Assembly (NCBI GenBank): GCA_031406795.1
Contig: JANOHV010000208.1
Location: forward strand, 1-53,457
Reading direction: 5' to 3'
Origin: Candidatus Rokuibacteriota bacterium
Lineage (GTDB): Bacteria; JAUVQV01; DATDCY01
Length of the DNA: 53,457 nucleotides
In this document: positions 1 to 9,307 of the stretch, in pieces
Layout of the letters: each line of letters opens with the position of its first letter
Numbering within the stretch: the first letter of the stretch is position 1
Translations under genes and position numbers: made by a program
The notes under the pieces: generated by a model
What the model was told of the DNA's origin: nothing
Database searches by the model: none
What the model saw: only the letters and a program-made list of their open reading frames with translations

Positions 1-1466
1 ACCGCCCGCTTGAAGGCCCAGGACTCGATCTTCTTGATCTGCTCGGCCATGGTCACCGACATCGGGACGGTGCGGCCGATGGCTGCCAGCGTGTCCTGAT
101 GGGAGAGCGGGCGGCGCTCGGAGAGGGCCTCGAAGGCGGCGGAGAGCACCGCCTGTTCAATCTCCGCGCCGGAGAAACCGCGGGTGGAGCTGGCCAGCAG
201 CGGGATGTTGAAGAGCGCCGGGTCGACCTGCTGGGCCGCGAGGTGGATGCGGAAGATCTCCTCGCGCGCCGCCGGGTCGGGCAGCCCCACGTAGAAGATC
301 TCGTCGAACCGTCCCTTGCGCAGGATTTCGGCGGGAAGCATCTCGATCGCGTTGGCGGTGGCGGCGACAAACACCGCCGCCGTCTTCTCCTGCATCCAGG
401 TCAGAAACGACCCGAGCACGCGCGAGGCCGGGCCGCCCTCGACCTTGAATCCCTGCGTCGAGATGCCCGCCTCGATCTCGTCGATCCAGAGTACGCAGGG
501 CGCCGCCGCCTCGGCGGTCCGGAACGCCTTGCGCAGGCTCGTCTCGGGGGTTCCGAACGTGCCGTCGTAGACCGCCGCCATGTCCAGGCGGATCAGCGGC
601 AGGTGCCAGTGGGCGGCGATGGCCTTGACGAAGAGCGACTTGCCGCAGCCAGCCACCCCCATCAGCAGCACGCCTTTCGGCATGCGCTTCCCGGTGGTGA
701 TCGCCTCCAGGCCGAAGGCCTTCTCGCGGCGGGTCATCCAGTGCTTGAGGTTCTCCATCCCCCCGACCTTCCCGGGGGTCGTGTCGTTCACCACGAACTC
801 CATGATGCTGCTGCGGCCGACGAGCTGGCGCTTGCTCTCGAAAAGCGCGTGAACGATCTCCTCGCCCCGCGACTCGTCGGAGAGCGCCAGGGCGCGGGCC
901 GCCCGCTCGATCTCGATGAGGTCCAGCCCCTGGGCCGCAACCACCAGTTTGCCAAGCAGATCCGGGTTCTCCGCGCACAGCCTTGACAGGCGCGCATCCC
1001 GCGCGAGCGCCTGCTCCAGAAAGACGTGTATTTCGCCGACGCCGGGGAGCCCCTGCTGCAGAACGGTCAGGTCCTCCCGCAGGGCCGGCGGGGTACGTTC
1101 ATCCTGCCCGAGCACCACGATCGTCCGGCCTTCCCTGCCCGTGGCGAACGTCTTGAGCTTGCGGACGAGAAAGGGGTTTTCGTGCCAGAAGGCGGCGAGG
1201 TCTTTCATCAGGAAGAGCGCCGGGCCGGGCTGGGCCAGCGCAAAATCGAGCGCGGCGAGCGGTTCAGCCGTTTTTGGGACCGCGGCGTCCCCGCGCAGGA
1301 AGCCGTCGATGCAGTTCCAGACGTAGAGCGCCGCCCCCGTTTTCGCCTCGGCCGCCGCCCGGGTGACAATCCCTTCCGTGTAACGTTCGTTTTCAGTGAG
1401 CACATAGATGAGCTGTGCCCCGGTTGCCATGGCCTGCACCAGGCTCGGCACATTCAATTCGTTCAC
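1..1466 (-). CDS. AAA+ ATPase, Ycf46-like (3' end runs off the window)
   Basis: Not in the ORF track; translated by hand. GGAGG RBS then GTG at 1466 (MNELNVPSLVQAMATGAQLIYVLTENE...). Walker A PKGVLLMGVAGCGKS, Walker B PCVLWIDEIE, C-terminal VPMSVTMAEQIKKIESWAFKRA typical of Ycf46-like proteins. Confidence 0.85.
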   Translation of the reverse strand, partial: MNELNVPSLVQAMATGAQLIYVLTENERYTEGIVTRAAAEAKTGAALYVWNCIDGFLRGDAAVPKTAEPLAALDFALAQPGPALFLMKDLAAFWHENPFLVRKLKTFATGREGRTIVVLGQDERTPPALREDLTVLQQGLPGVGEIHVFLEQALARDARLSRLCAENPDLLGKLVVAAQGLDLIEIERAARALALSDESRGEEIVHALFESKRQLVGRSSIMEFVVNDTTPGKVGGMENLKHWMTRREKAFGLEAITTGKRMPKGVLLMGVAGCGKSLFVKAIAAHWHLPLIRLDMAAVYDGTFGTPETSLRKAFRTAEAAAPCVLWIDEIEAGISTQGFKVEGGPASRVLGSFLTWMQEKTAAVFVAATANAIEMLPAEILRKGRFDEIFYVGLPDPAAREEIFRIHLAAQQVDPALFNIPLLASSTRGFSGAEIEQAVLSAAFEALSERRPLSHQDTLAAIGRTVPMSVTMAEQIKKIESWAFKRA

Positions 1467-1548
1467 GGCAAACCTCCCCGGCATGCGCACTGAATGATGA
1501 GGACCGCTGCATGGTACCCGAAAGAACGGTCCCCTCGATACCGGTGTG

Positions 1549-4500
1549 TCAATCGTCGTGCCGCGCCAGTTTCTCCAGATCCCAATCCACCCGCAACTCC
1601 ATCAGCAGGCCGTCGCGGCTCTTGTAGCGCAGCCAGCCCTGATCGAGGCCGTGCCGGAAGAGCTGCTCGGTGATGCGCACGTCGGCGCGGCAGTACTCCT
1701 CGACCAGATCCATCCGCCCCTCGCGGATCCAGGCCAGCGACTGCAGCCCGTCGGCGGTCTTCGTCGCCCCGAGCGTGTGCTCGGTCAGGTGCGCGAGCGA
1801 GAGGCGGAAACCGAGGCGGCGGCGCACGTCGGCGAGAATGTCGAAGACCGGCAGGTGCTCGAGGGTGCCGTCGTCGTAGGCCGAGAGCACCTTGAAGTCG
1901 AAGCCGATGATGTTGAAGCCGACGACGAGGTCGGCCTTGCGCAGGAAGGCGAACAGCTCCTCGGCCTGGTGCTCAAAGAAGGCGAGCGACTCGCCGGTGA
2001 CGCTGTCCGAGACCACCGCCACGGCCAGCCCCATCAGGTGGCTGTTGTGCCAGCCGCCGACCTGGTCGGCGCCGCGCAGCGTCTCGACGTCGAGCACCAT
2101 GATGCGCGGCGTGTTGTAGGTCAGCGGCGGTTCTTCGGCGGGGGCTTCGGCCTCCTCGGGCGCCTCGTCGGCGGTGTCTGCCGCCTCGCGCCACGCCTGC
2201 GCGTCGGGATGGTCCAGCAGCAGCTTGAGCACCGTGACCGCGGCCTCCTTGTCGAGGGGGACGTTGCCGTTCCCGCACTTGTTCGAGTAGATGCAGGCCG
2301 GGCAGCCGCACTCGCAGTCGCACGAGGCGATCAGCTCCAGCGTGCGCTCGAGCAGTTCGCCGATGCGCGCGAAGCTCGCCTCGGCCAGCCCGACGCCGCC
2401 AGCGTAGCCATCGTAGATGAAGACCGCGCCCTTGGCGACCTGGATGTGCAGCGGCGTGCTGATGCCGCCGACGTCGTCGCGCTCGCACAGCGCAAAGAGC
2501 GGGAACAGCGCGATCGCGGCGTGCTCCACCGCGTGAATGCCGCCCATGTAATTCAGCCCGCGGCGCCCGACGGCGCGCGGCACGAAGTCGTCGATCTCGA
2601 TCCAGAGTCCGACTGTCTCGAAGGAGGTCGGGGGGAGTTCCAGCTCGTGCACCGAGAGCCTTTCACCGCTGGAGACGCGCTTCTTCTCGTAGCCGACGGT
2701 GCGCTCGGTGACCTTGAGCTCGCCGAGGCGGCAGACGAAGTTCTTCACCAGCTTGCTGCGCCGCGTCGCGAGGATCTCGGTCTCCTTCTCGCGGTGGGGC
2801 AGCGTGTAGTAGTCCACGTCCACCGGGCGGGCGTAGAGGTTGTGCCGGTCCAGGTCCAGTCGGGTCACCTGGTACTGCGCGGCGCGGTGGAGGTAGATTG
2901 CGCCAGGGTGCCCCTCGGAGAAGGCGCGGTTGCCGTCGAGGCTGCCGATGACGCGCGGCTTGGCGCCCGGCGCCGGCGCCTCCTCGCCACTGCCGCGTCC
3001 GCGCCTGCCGCGCCCGGCCGGCGGCGAGAGCAGCGGCTCGCGCTCTTCCGGGGGGAGCAGCACGATGCGGCCGACGGGCAGTTCGTCAAGGTCGCCGCCC
3101 ACCACGCGCACGTCCGGCCTTGCCCCCGCCGTCAGCTCACCGGTCTCCTCGAAGATCGTGTACGACTCCCCGACCCCGCGGATGTTCACGTCGCGCTGCG
3201 GCGAGCGCTTCGAGCTGTGCCAGGCGTCCTCGCCGACGGCGCGCACGAGGTCGCCGGCGCGCTCGAGCAGGGCGATGGCGTCCGCGACGGGCGTGCTCGC
3301 GCCGCCCGCGTGCGACCCTGCCGAGGCGGGAGCGGCAGGGCGGGCGTGGGCGTGAAACGGAAACCAGGCGTCGTCCTTGCGCAGCGGCAGCTCGGCGGCC
3401 GCGCAGGCCAGATGCGCGGCGAGCACCGGGAGGTTCTCCGGATTGATCACCGCCGGCTCGAACCCCGACTCGAAGAAGACCCGCGGGTGCTTCATGAAGT
3501 ACTGGTCGAGGGCGTCCGGGCCGGCGAGCAGGATCACGAGCGACGCGCGGTCCTGCCGCCCGACGCGCCCGCCGCGCTGCCAGGTCGTCGTGATCGACCC
3601 GGGGTAGCCGACGAGAATGCAGACGTCCAGGCCGCCGATGTCGATGCCCATCTCGAGCGCCGACGTGCTGACCACCGCCTTGAGCGCGCCGGAGAAGAGC
3701 TTCTCCTCGATCTCGCGCCGCTCCTCGGGGAGGTAGCCGGAGCGGTACGCGCTGACGACCTTGCGCAGCTTCGCATCGCCGTGCACCGCCCAGGTGTAGA
3801 CCAGCTCGGTGTTCTTGCGCGACTTGGTGAAGACGATCGTCGCCAGGTCCTCGCGCACCGCCTCGCGCAGCAGCTTCGCGGCGAGCGTGGCCGGGGAGCG
3901 CCGCGAGGGATTGAGGAAGTAGAACGTGCGGCCGGCGTCGGGCGCGCCGTTGTCGTCGATCACCGCCGGTTCGCGCCCGGTGAGCCGCGCCGCCAGCTCT
4001 CCCGGGTTGGCGATGGTCGCCGAGCAGGCGATGATCTGCGGCCGGGCACCGTAGTGCTCCGCGACACGCAGCAGCCGCCGCAGCAGGTTGGCGACATGCG
4101 AGCCGAAGACCCCGCGGTAGGTGTGGACTTCGTCGAGGACGATGTACTTCAGATTCGTGAAGAAGGTCTCCCACTTCGGGTGAAACGCCAAAATGCCGAC
4201 GTGAAGCATGTCGGGGTTGGAGATCACGACATTCGGCGGCAGAGTGCGGATCTTCGCGCGGCGGTGCGCCGAGGTGTCGCCGTCATAGATCTCGGCGGTC
4301 ACCCGCTCCTCGAGACCGCACGCCGCGGCCAGTTCGCGGAACGCGCCCAGTTGGTCCTGCTCCAGCGCCTTGATCGGGAACAGGTAGAGCGCCCGCGCCT
4401 CGGGCACGGCGACGCAGCCGTCGAGCACCGGCAGGTTGTAGCAGAGCGTCTTGCCCGAGGCGGTCGGCGTGACGACGACGATGTCTTCGCCCGCAAGCGC

Positions 4501-4701
4501 GCGGCGCAGCGCCTCGGCCTGGTGGACCCAGGGCCGCTCGATCCCGAGCGCGGCGAGGCCCGATTGCAGCTCGGGGCGCAGATGCGAGGGGAAGGTGCCG
4601 AACCGCGCCTCGCGCCGCGGGATCTCCTCGCGGTGGGCGACCTCCCCGGCAAGGTCGGTGTGTCGGGCGACGCGCTCGAGAAAGCGGGCGATGCGGCTCA
4701 T
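1549..4701 (-). CDS. DEAD/DEAH-box helicase, YprA/MrfA (Hrq1-like, DUF1998) type, fused to a C-terminal RNase H-like (YprB/MrfB-like) exonuclease domain
   Basis: TPTASGKT, DEVH, SAT, QRGGRVGR; DUF1998 cysteines CDCECGCPAC; C-terminal LDVET...GFNIIGFD...YCRADV exonuclease motifs. Confidence 0.9.
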   Translation of the reverse strand: MSRIARFLERVARHTDLAGEVAHREEIPRREARFGTFPSHLRPELQSGLAALGIERPWVHQAEALRRALAGEDIVVVTPTASGKTLCYNLPVLDGCVAVPEARALYLFPIKALEQDQLGAFRELAAACGLEERVTAEIYDGDTSAHRRAKIRTLPPNVVISNPDMLHVGILAFHPKWETFFTNLKYIVLDEVHTYRGVFGSHVANLLRRLLRVAEHYGARPQIIACSATIANPGELAARLTGREPAVIDDNGAPDAGRTFYFLNPSRRSPATLAAKLLREAVREDLATIVFTKSRKNTELVYTWAVHGDAKLRKVVSAYRSGYLPEERREIEEKLFSGALKAVVSTSALEMGIDIGGLDVCILVGYPGSITTTWQRGGRVGRQDRASLVILLAGPDALDQYFMKHPRVFFESGFEPAVINPENLPVLAAHLACAAAELPLRKDDAWFPFHAHARPAAPASAGSHAGGASTPVADAIALLERAGDLVRAVGEDAWHSSKRSPQRDVNIRGVGESYTIFEETGELTAGARPDVRVVGGDLDELPVGRIVLLPPEEREPLLSPPAGRGRRGRGSGEEAPAPGAKPRVIGSLDGNRAFSEGHPGAIYLHRAAQYQVTRLDLDRHNLYARPVDVDYYTLPHREKETEILATRRSKLVKNFVCRLGELKVTERTVGYEKKRVSSGERLSVHELELPPTSFETVGLWIEIDDFVPRAVGRRGLNYMGGIHAVEHAAIALFPLFALCERDDVGGISTPLHIQVAKGAVFIYDGYAGGVGLAEASFARIGELLERTLELIASCDCECGCPACIYSNKCGNGNVPLDKEAAVTVLKLLLDHPDAQAWREAADTADEAPEEAEAPAEEPPLTYNTPRIMVLDVETLRGADQVGGWHNSHLMGLAVAVVSDSVTGESLAFFEHQAEELFAFLRKADLVVGFNIIGFDFKVLSAYDDGTLEHLPVFDILADVRRRLGFRLSLAHLTEHTLGATKTADGLQSLAWIREGRMDLVEEYCRADVRITEQLFRHGLDQGWLRYKSRDGLLMELRVDWDLEKLARHDD

Positions 4702-4729
4702 CGGCGCGGACCTTCGTTCCCACTGACGG

Positions 4730-5143
4730 TCATGGAATGAGCAGCTCCACGCCGAGAGTCGTCGCCGCCCGGCGCAGATCGCCGTGGAACGTCGCGAGCG
4801 GGAGGTGTTCCCGGAGGGCCAGGTCGAGGTAGGCGGCGTCGTAGACGCTCAGGCGGTGGTCCTGCGCAAGAACCCACAGCCGGGAAACCTCTGCCATGGA
4901 CACGGATTCGACGCGGATGTTTAGTTCAATAAGCAGTTCGAGAGCCTGCCGGACCTCGGGGCGCGTGATCCGCTTTCGCCGCTGGGCGGCAAGAAGCGCG
5001 TTTGCGACCTCCAGCGGCCAGATGGCGGGGGCGGAGCCCTTGGCGTTGCGCAGAAGGAGCAGAATGCGTCGCGCCTCGGTATTGTCTTCGTCTGCAAGCA
5101 GCCAGCCGAGGGACACCGAAGCGTCGAGTACAAATTGGTTCAA
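4730..5143 (-). CDS. vapC: Type II toxin, VapC/PIN domain
   Basis: FVLDAS, LEVANAL and LSVYDAAYL PIN motifs; 4-nt overlap with the upstream antitoxin. Confidence 0.88.
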   Translation of the reverse strand: MNQFVLDASVSLGWLLADEDNTEARRILLLLRNAKGSAPAIWPLEVANALLAAQRRKRITRPEVRQALELLIELNIRVESVSMAEVSRLWVLAQDHRLSVYDAAYLDLALREHLPLATFHGDLRRAATTLGVELLIP

Positions 5144-5385
5144 TACTTACGCCCTGCGCAGATCAGATCCTTTATCGACTCGGGTCCCGGCTTCGTCTTG
5201 CCGCGGATGCGCCCGAAGGCGGCCACCAGCTTGTCGAAGTCCGGCCGCCGTCGGTCGTCCGCAGGAACGAGCTTCGCCACCGGATGATCGTGCCTGGTGA
5301 TGACCACCGTCTCCCCCTGCTCAACGAGCTTCAGCAGGCGGGAAAGCTTCGTCTTGGCCTCAAACGCACCGACAACCCTGCTCAT
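5140..5385 (-). CDS. Type II antitoxin, Phd/YefM family
   Basis: VGAFEAKTKLSRLLKLVEQGETVVITRHDHPVAKLVP matches the Phd pattern; GGAGG RBS. Confidence 0.9.
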   Translation of the reverse strand: MSRVVGAFEAKTKLSRLLKLVEQGETVVITRHDHPVAKLVPADDRRRPDFDKLVAAFGRIRGKTKPGPESIKDLICAGRKY

Positions 5386-5398
5386 AGTCTTCCCCTCC

Positions 5399-5438
5399 TG
5401 ACAAACAGGCCTGTCACAGACCAGATAATAGCACTATT
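5399..5438 (-). promoter_or_regulatory. Putative TA promoter/operator
   Basis: TGACA-N8-TGTCA (5399-5416) with an overlapping ACAGGCCTGT palindrome, AATAG-ca-CTATT, and a TGcTATTAT extended -10 on the minus strand, just upstream of the antitoxin RBS. Confidence 0.4.
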
Positions 5439-5518
5439 CGTTGACCTTTTCTGATGCTATAAGTGGAATGATTCCAAGCGCTAGGGAAAGCGACAACTCC
5501 GGCGATGATATTCCGTTC

Positions 5519-6358
5519 ATGAAGACACCAGACATGCATGGAAACGTCTTTGTGACTGACTCGGAGGCCCATCTGACCGAAAAAGGCGCGTACACCCAGC
5601 CTGGGAAGTCCATCCCTTCGAAGGACGTCGAGGCGATCTTCAAGAAGTTGCCGGAGAAGCGAGATACCGCGGACGTCACCGCGCTGCTGAAGGAGCTGCA
5701 CAAGATCGTCAATGAGGCGATACGGGCGCAGGCGCCGGGCGAGGACCATGCCGAGGGATTGAAGGTGGACCTGAGCCGGATCGATTTCGACAAGCTTCGG
5801 GACGAGTTCGCCGGGAAGGTGAAGCGCAAGCACGCCGCCGTGCAGGATATCCGCGAGCTCGTGGAGAAAAAACTGGCGCAGATGCTCGGCAACAACCCGA
5901 TGCGAATGGATTACTACAGGCGGTACCAGGGGATCGTCGCGGACTACAATCGCGAGAAGGACCGCGCGACGGTGGAGGAGACCTTCGCGAAGCTTGTGGA
6001 TCTGGCGAAGAGCCTGGACACCGAGCAGCGGCGCGCGGCGGAAGAAGGCCTGAGCGACGACGAGCTGGCCCTCTTCGACCTGCTCTTCCGGGAGAATATC
6101 AGCCAGGCGGACCGCGAGAAGCTGAAACAGGCGAGCAAATCGCTGCTTGCGTCGCTTCAGGAGCTCCTGAAAACGATGCGCGACTTTACGCAGAACACGG
6201 CGACCCAGGCGGAGGTGAAAGTTTTCATTCTCGACAACCTCTGGCAATCCCTGCCGCACCCGCCCTTCACGGACGAGGACACTGAGTTGCTTGCGGGGCG
6301 CGTGTACGACTACGTCTGGCAGAAGTCCGCGGGTGGGCACGGGGTGCAGGCAGCCTAG
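5519..6358 (+). pseudogene. hsdR: C-terminal fragment of type I restriction enzyme subunit R (HsdR, DUF3387-like)
   Basis: DLSRIDFDKLRDEF, NPMRMDYYRRYQGIVADYN and AAEEGLSDDELALFDLL resemble HsdR C-termini. No nuclease or helicase motifs and no hsdM/hsdS in the window. Start uncertain. Confidence 0.7.
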
Positions 6359-6606
6359 TCCTGATCCCGCTCAACAACAGGAGCGAGACGGCTCGTCGGC
6401 GAGAAATATGGCGTCGGGATGCTGCTCCCTTCGTGGAAGGGCGCCTCCGGGCCCCTTCCGGATCGTCCCGCGTAAACAACGACCTTGAGCCCGCCCGGCG
6501 AAAATACCCGGCAACCATTTCCCCGGTCGGACGTACAATTGAGCAGGCAGGGGTTGGAAAAACCTGCTGCGCTGCTCAGGATTGTGCGGATGGGGTGATT
6601 GAAGTG

Positions 6607-7875
6607 ATGAACAGGTCCAGGCCGTTGTACCTCCCGTTTCTCGTGCTGTGCGCGACGATGCTCGCGGCTGCCTCCCTCGTGCGTGCCAGCACACCCGGCA
6701 TTCCCGTTTTGTCCGATCGGGTACCCTTGTCTCCGATCCCCTGCCCCCTGACCGGCGAAGAGCTTCGCCCCTCCGAAGTGCTCGCGGGCAAGGCGTCCCT
6801 GCTGTTCTTCACGGATCTGCGCACGGGCGTGCCCGGGGAACTGGCCCGCTTCCTGGCCGACCAGCAGACCCAATATGCCCCCTGGCTCTCCTGGATCGGC
6901 GTGCTCGTGGGGCCGGGCAGTACGGAGGATATCCGGAAGTTCAACGAGAAGTCGCCGCTGCGGTTCAGCGAATGCATGCACGACGAGAGCGGCTCCTGGA
7001 GAACGTCCTTCGGCCTGACATCGCTGCCGGCCGCCGTATTCGTGAATGAGGAGGGCTACGTCGTCCGGCGTCAGTACGGCTTTCGGGTGGAAGACGCGCC
7101 CGGAATCACCCGCGACATCGAGCGCCTGATCAGCGCCGGCAAGCTCGCCGGCAAGGCCGCCCACGACTTCAAGCTCCGGGAGGTCGGAACGGACGCCGAG
7201 CGGACGCTCGCCGACCTCGTGGACCGGGACTTCACCATTTTCCTCTCGCTGCGTTCCGATTGCACCTCGTGCCTCGAAGAACTCCAGGAGCTGAAAGTTT
7301 TCCGCGACCGCAACAAGGAGCAGGTTTCGCTTGTCGTCGTCTACCATGACCAGGTCGATGAGTCGCCCGTGGCGGTGGGGGCGGAGGGGCCGGGGGAGCG
7401 TCCCGACCACGAGTTGTGGGACCCGGGCCTGAGCTACGCGGAACGCAATGCCGTGAGCGGTGTCCCGTTCGTGCTTGTGACCGACCGACGGGGCTGGGTT
7501 GCCCTCGCGCGCGCGGGGTACTCCCCGAAATCCGCGCGGGAGATCACCGGTGAACTGAACCGGCTAGTCGGGAGCGAGCCGGCCCCCGCGTCCGAAGACG
7601 CATCCTTCGCGGAGTTCCGCCGCATCAGACAGGAAGCGCTGGATTTTCTTGACGCCGGCAAGGCCGGCATGGCGGCGCTCTTCCTGGAGCGCGCGGTCGA
7701 GCTCAATCCGGAGTTCTTTACGCTCCAGACTCTGCTCGCAGACGCCTATCTGCGGACCGGCCGGCGGCGCGAGGCGGTCCAGGCCTATACCCGCTACCTT
7801 CTCGCCGACCCGCTGGCCTGCGACCGGGAGAAGATCGAAAACCGCATCAAGGCGCTGGAGAAGCAGGCGCCCTAG
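6607..7875 (+). CDS. Exported protein with two thioredoxin/redoxin-like domains and a C-terminal TPR
   Basis: Signal peptide after ATG 6607; LPAAVFVNEEGYV and GVPFVLVTDRRG cis-Pro motifs; CTSC in domain 2; TPR-like C-terminus. Confidence 0.7.
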   Translation: MNRSRPLYLPFLVLCATMLAAASLVRASTPGIPVLSDRVPLSPIPCPLTGEELRPSEVLAGKASLLFFTDLRTGVPGELARFLADQQTQYAPWLSWIGVLVGPGSTEDIRKFNEKSPLRFSECMHDESGSWRTSFGLTSLPAAVFVNEEGYVVRRQYGFRVEDAPGITRDIERLISAGKLAGKAAHDFKLREVGTDAERTLADLVDRDFTIFLSLRSDCTSCLEELQELKVFRDRNKEQVSLVVVYHDQVDESPVAVGAEGPGERPDHELWDPGLSYAERNAVSGVPFVLVTDRRGWVALARAGYSPKSAREITGELNRLVGSEPAPASEDASFAEFRRIRQEALDFLDAGKAGMAALFLERAVELNPEFFTLQTLLADAYLRTGRRREAVQAYTRYLLADPLACDREKIENRIKALEKQAP

Positions 7876-7902
7876 CCCGCTCCGGCAGGGCCGTGGGGTT
7901 GT

Positions 7903-9300
7903 TCAGCGGTTGCGCTTGCGCGCCGCGAGCAGCGCCTTCTTGACTTCTGCCGGGGCCGTGCTGCCCGGGCCGCGCTTGAGTCGGACCGAGGCCTCCGCGG
8001 TCAGGATTTCCAGCACGTCGGGGCCGAATTTCGGCGAAAAAGTCCGGAAGTCAGCAAGCGTGAGATCGCCCAGGTCCATTCGGCGCTCGATGCAGTGCCG
8101 GACGATCCGGCCGACGACACCGTGCGCCTGCCGGAAGGGCAGGCCGGCGAGGGCGAGGTACTCCGCGAGGTCGGTGGCCGAGGAGAAACCGATGGACGCC
8201 GCGGCGGCGAGGCGCTCCGGACGGAACGAGAGGCTGCCGACGACGCCGGTCATCACTTCGAGCGAGCCGCGCAGGGTGTCGGCGGCGTCGAAGAGCGCCT
8301 CCTTGTCCTCCTGCAAGTCGCGGTTGTAGGCCAGCGGCAGCCCCTTGAGCAGGGTCAGCAGCGCCACCAGGTGGCCGGTGACCCGGCCGGTCTTGCCGCG
8401 CACCAGTTCGGCCATGTCGGGGTTCTTCTTCTGGGGCATCAGGCTCGAGCCGGTGCAGTATTCGTCGCCGATTTCCGCCCAGCCGAACGCCGGGTGCGAC
8501 CAGATGATCAACTCCTCGGCGAAGCGCGAGAGGTGCGTCATCGTCAGCGCGGCGCAGAAGGCGAATTCCGCGACGAAGTCCCGGTCCGAGACTGCGTCCA
8601 GGCTGTTGGCGGTGATCGCGGGCAGGCCCAGGTCGCGCGCCATCGCCCGGCGGTCCAGCGGGATGCAGGTGCCGGCGAGCGCGCCGCTGCCCGTGGTCAG
8701 CACGGCGGTGCGCCCGCGGGCGTCGCGCAGGCGGGCGGCGTCGCGCAGCAGCATCTCGGCGTAGGCCAGCAGGTGGTGCGCGAGCAGCACCGGCTGGGCA
8801 GGCTGGAAGTGCGTGTGCCCGGGAGCGATCTGCCCCGCGTGGCGTTCGGCGAGATCGATGAGCGCGCCGGTCAGTCCCTTGAGGCGCTCGAGGGTCGCGT
8901 CGATCTCGTCGCGCAGCCAGAGGCGCACGTCGAGCGCCACCTGGTCGTTACGGCTGCGGCCGGTGTGCAGTTTGTCGGCCGGCTCGCCGACCAGGTCGCG
9001 CAGGCGGTTCTCGACCCAGGAGTGGATGTCCTCCTCCCCGGTCGTGAAATCCGCCTTGCCGGCGGCCACGGCGGCCCGCAGCTTCTTCAGGCCGCCGGAG
9101 AGCGCCGTCAGCTCCTTCGCCGAGAGGATCCCGGCGCGGTTGAGCGCGCGGGCGTGCCCGGCGCTCCCGTCGATGTCGCCGAGCGCGAGACGCGAGTCGA
9201 AGTGCAGCGAGCGCGAGAACTCCTCGGCGGCTTTCGCCGGCGGGCGGGAGAAGCGCCCGCCCCACATCCGTTTCGCGGCTTCCGGTTTCTTCTTGGCCAT
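7903..9300 (-). CDS. argH: Argininosuccinate lyase
   Basis: MWGGRF, HTGRSRNDQ, GSSLMPQKKNPD, YNRDLQEDK. Confidence 0.97.
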   Translation of the reverse strand: MAKKKPEAAKRMWGGRFSRPPAKAAEEFSRSLHFDSRLALGDIDGSAGHARALNRAGILSAKELTALSGGLKKLRAAVAAGKADFTTGEEDIHSWVENRLRDLVGEPADKLHTGRSRNDQVALDVRLWLRDEIDATLERLKGLTGALIDLAERHAGQIAPGHTHFQPAQPVLLAHHLLAYAEMLLRDAARLRDARGRTAVLTTGSGALAGTCIPLDRRAMARDLGLPAITANSLDAVSDRDFVAEFAFCAALTMTHLSRFAEELIIWSHPAFGWAEIGDEYCTGSSLMPQKKNPDMAELVRGKTGRVTGHLVALLTLLKGLPLAYNRDLQEDKEALFDAADTLRGSLEVMTGVVGSLSFRPERLAAAASIGFSSATDLAEYLALAGLPFRQAHGVVGRIVRHCIERRMDLGDLTLADFRTFSPKFGPDVLEILTAEASVRLKRGPGSTAPAEVKKALLAARKRNR

Positions 9301-9307
9301 CGCCCGG

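Noticed and set aside
1546-4740. 1064-aa plus-strand ORF
   Set aside because: Antisense shadow of the helicase gene with no motifs; expected in high-GC DNA.
1-6358. Intact DISARM-, Druantia- or type I RM-like defence system
   Set aside because: The DUF1998 helicase has the single-chain MrfA-type layout, no methylase or partner genes are present, and hsdR is only a fragment.
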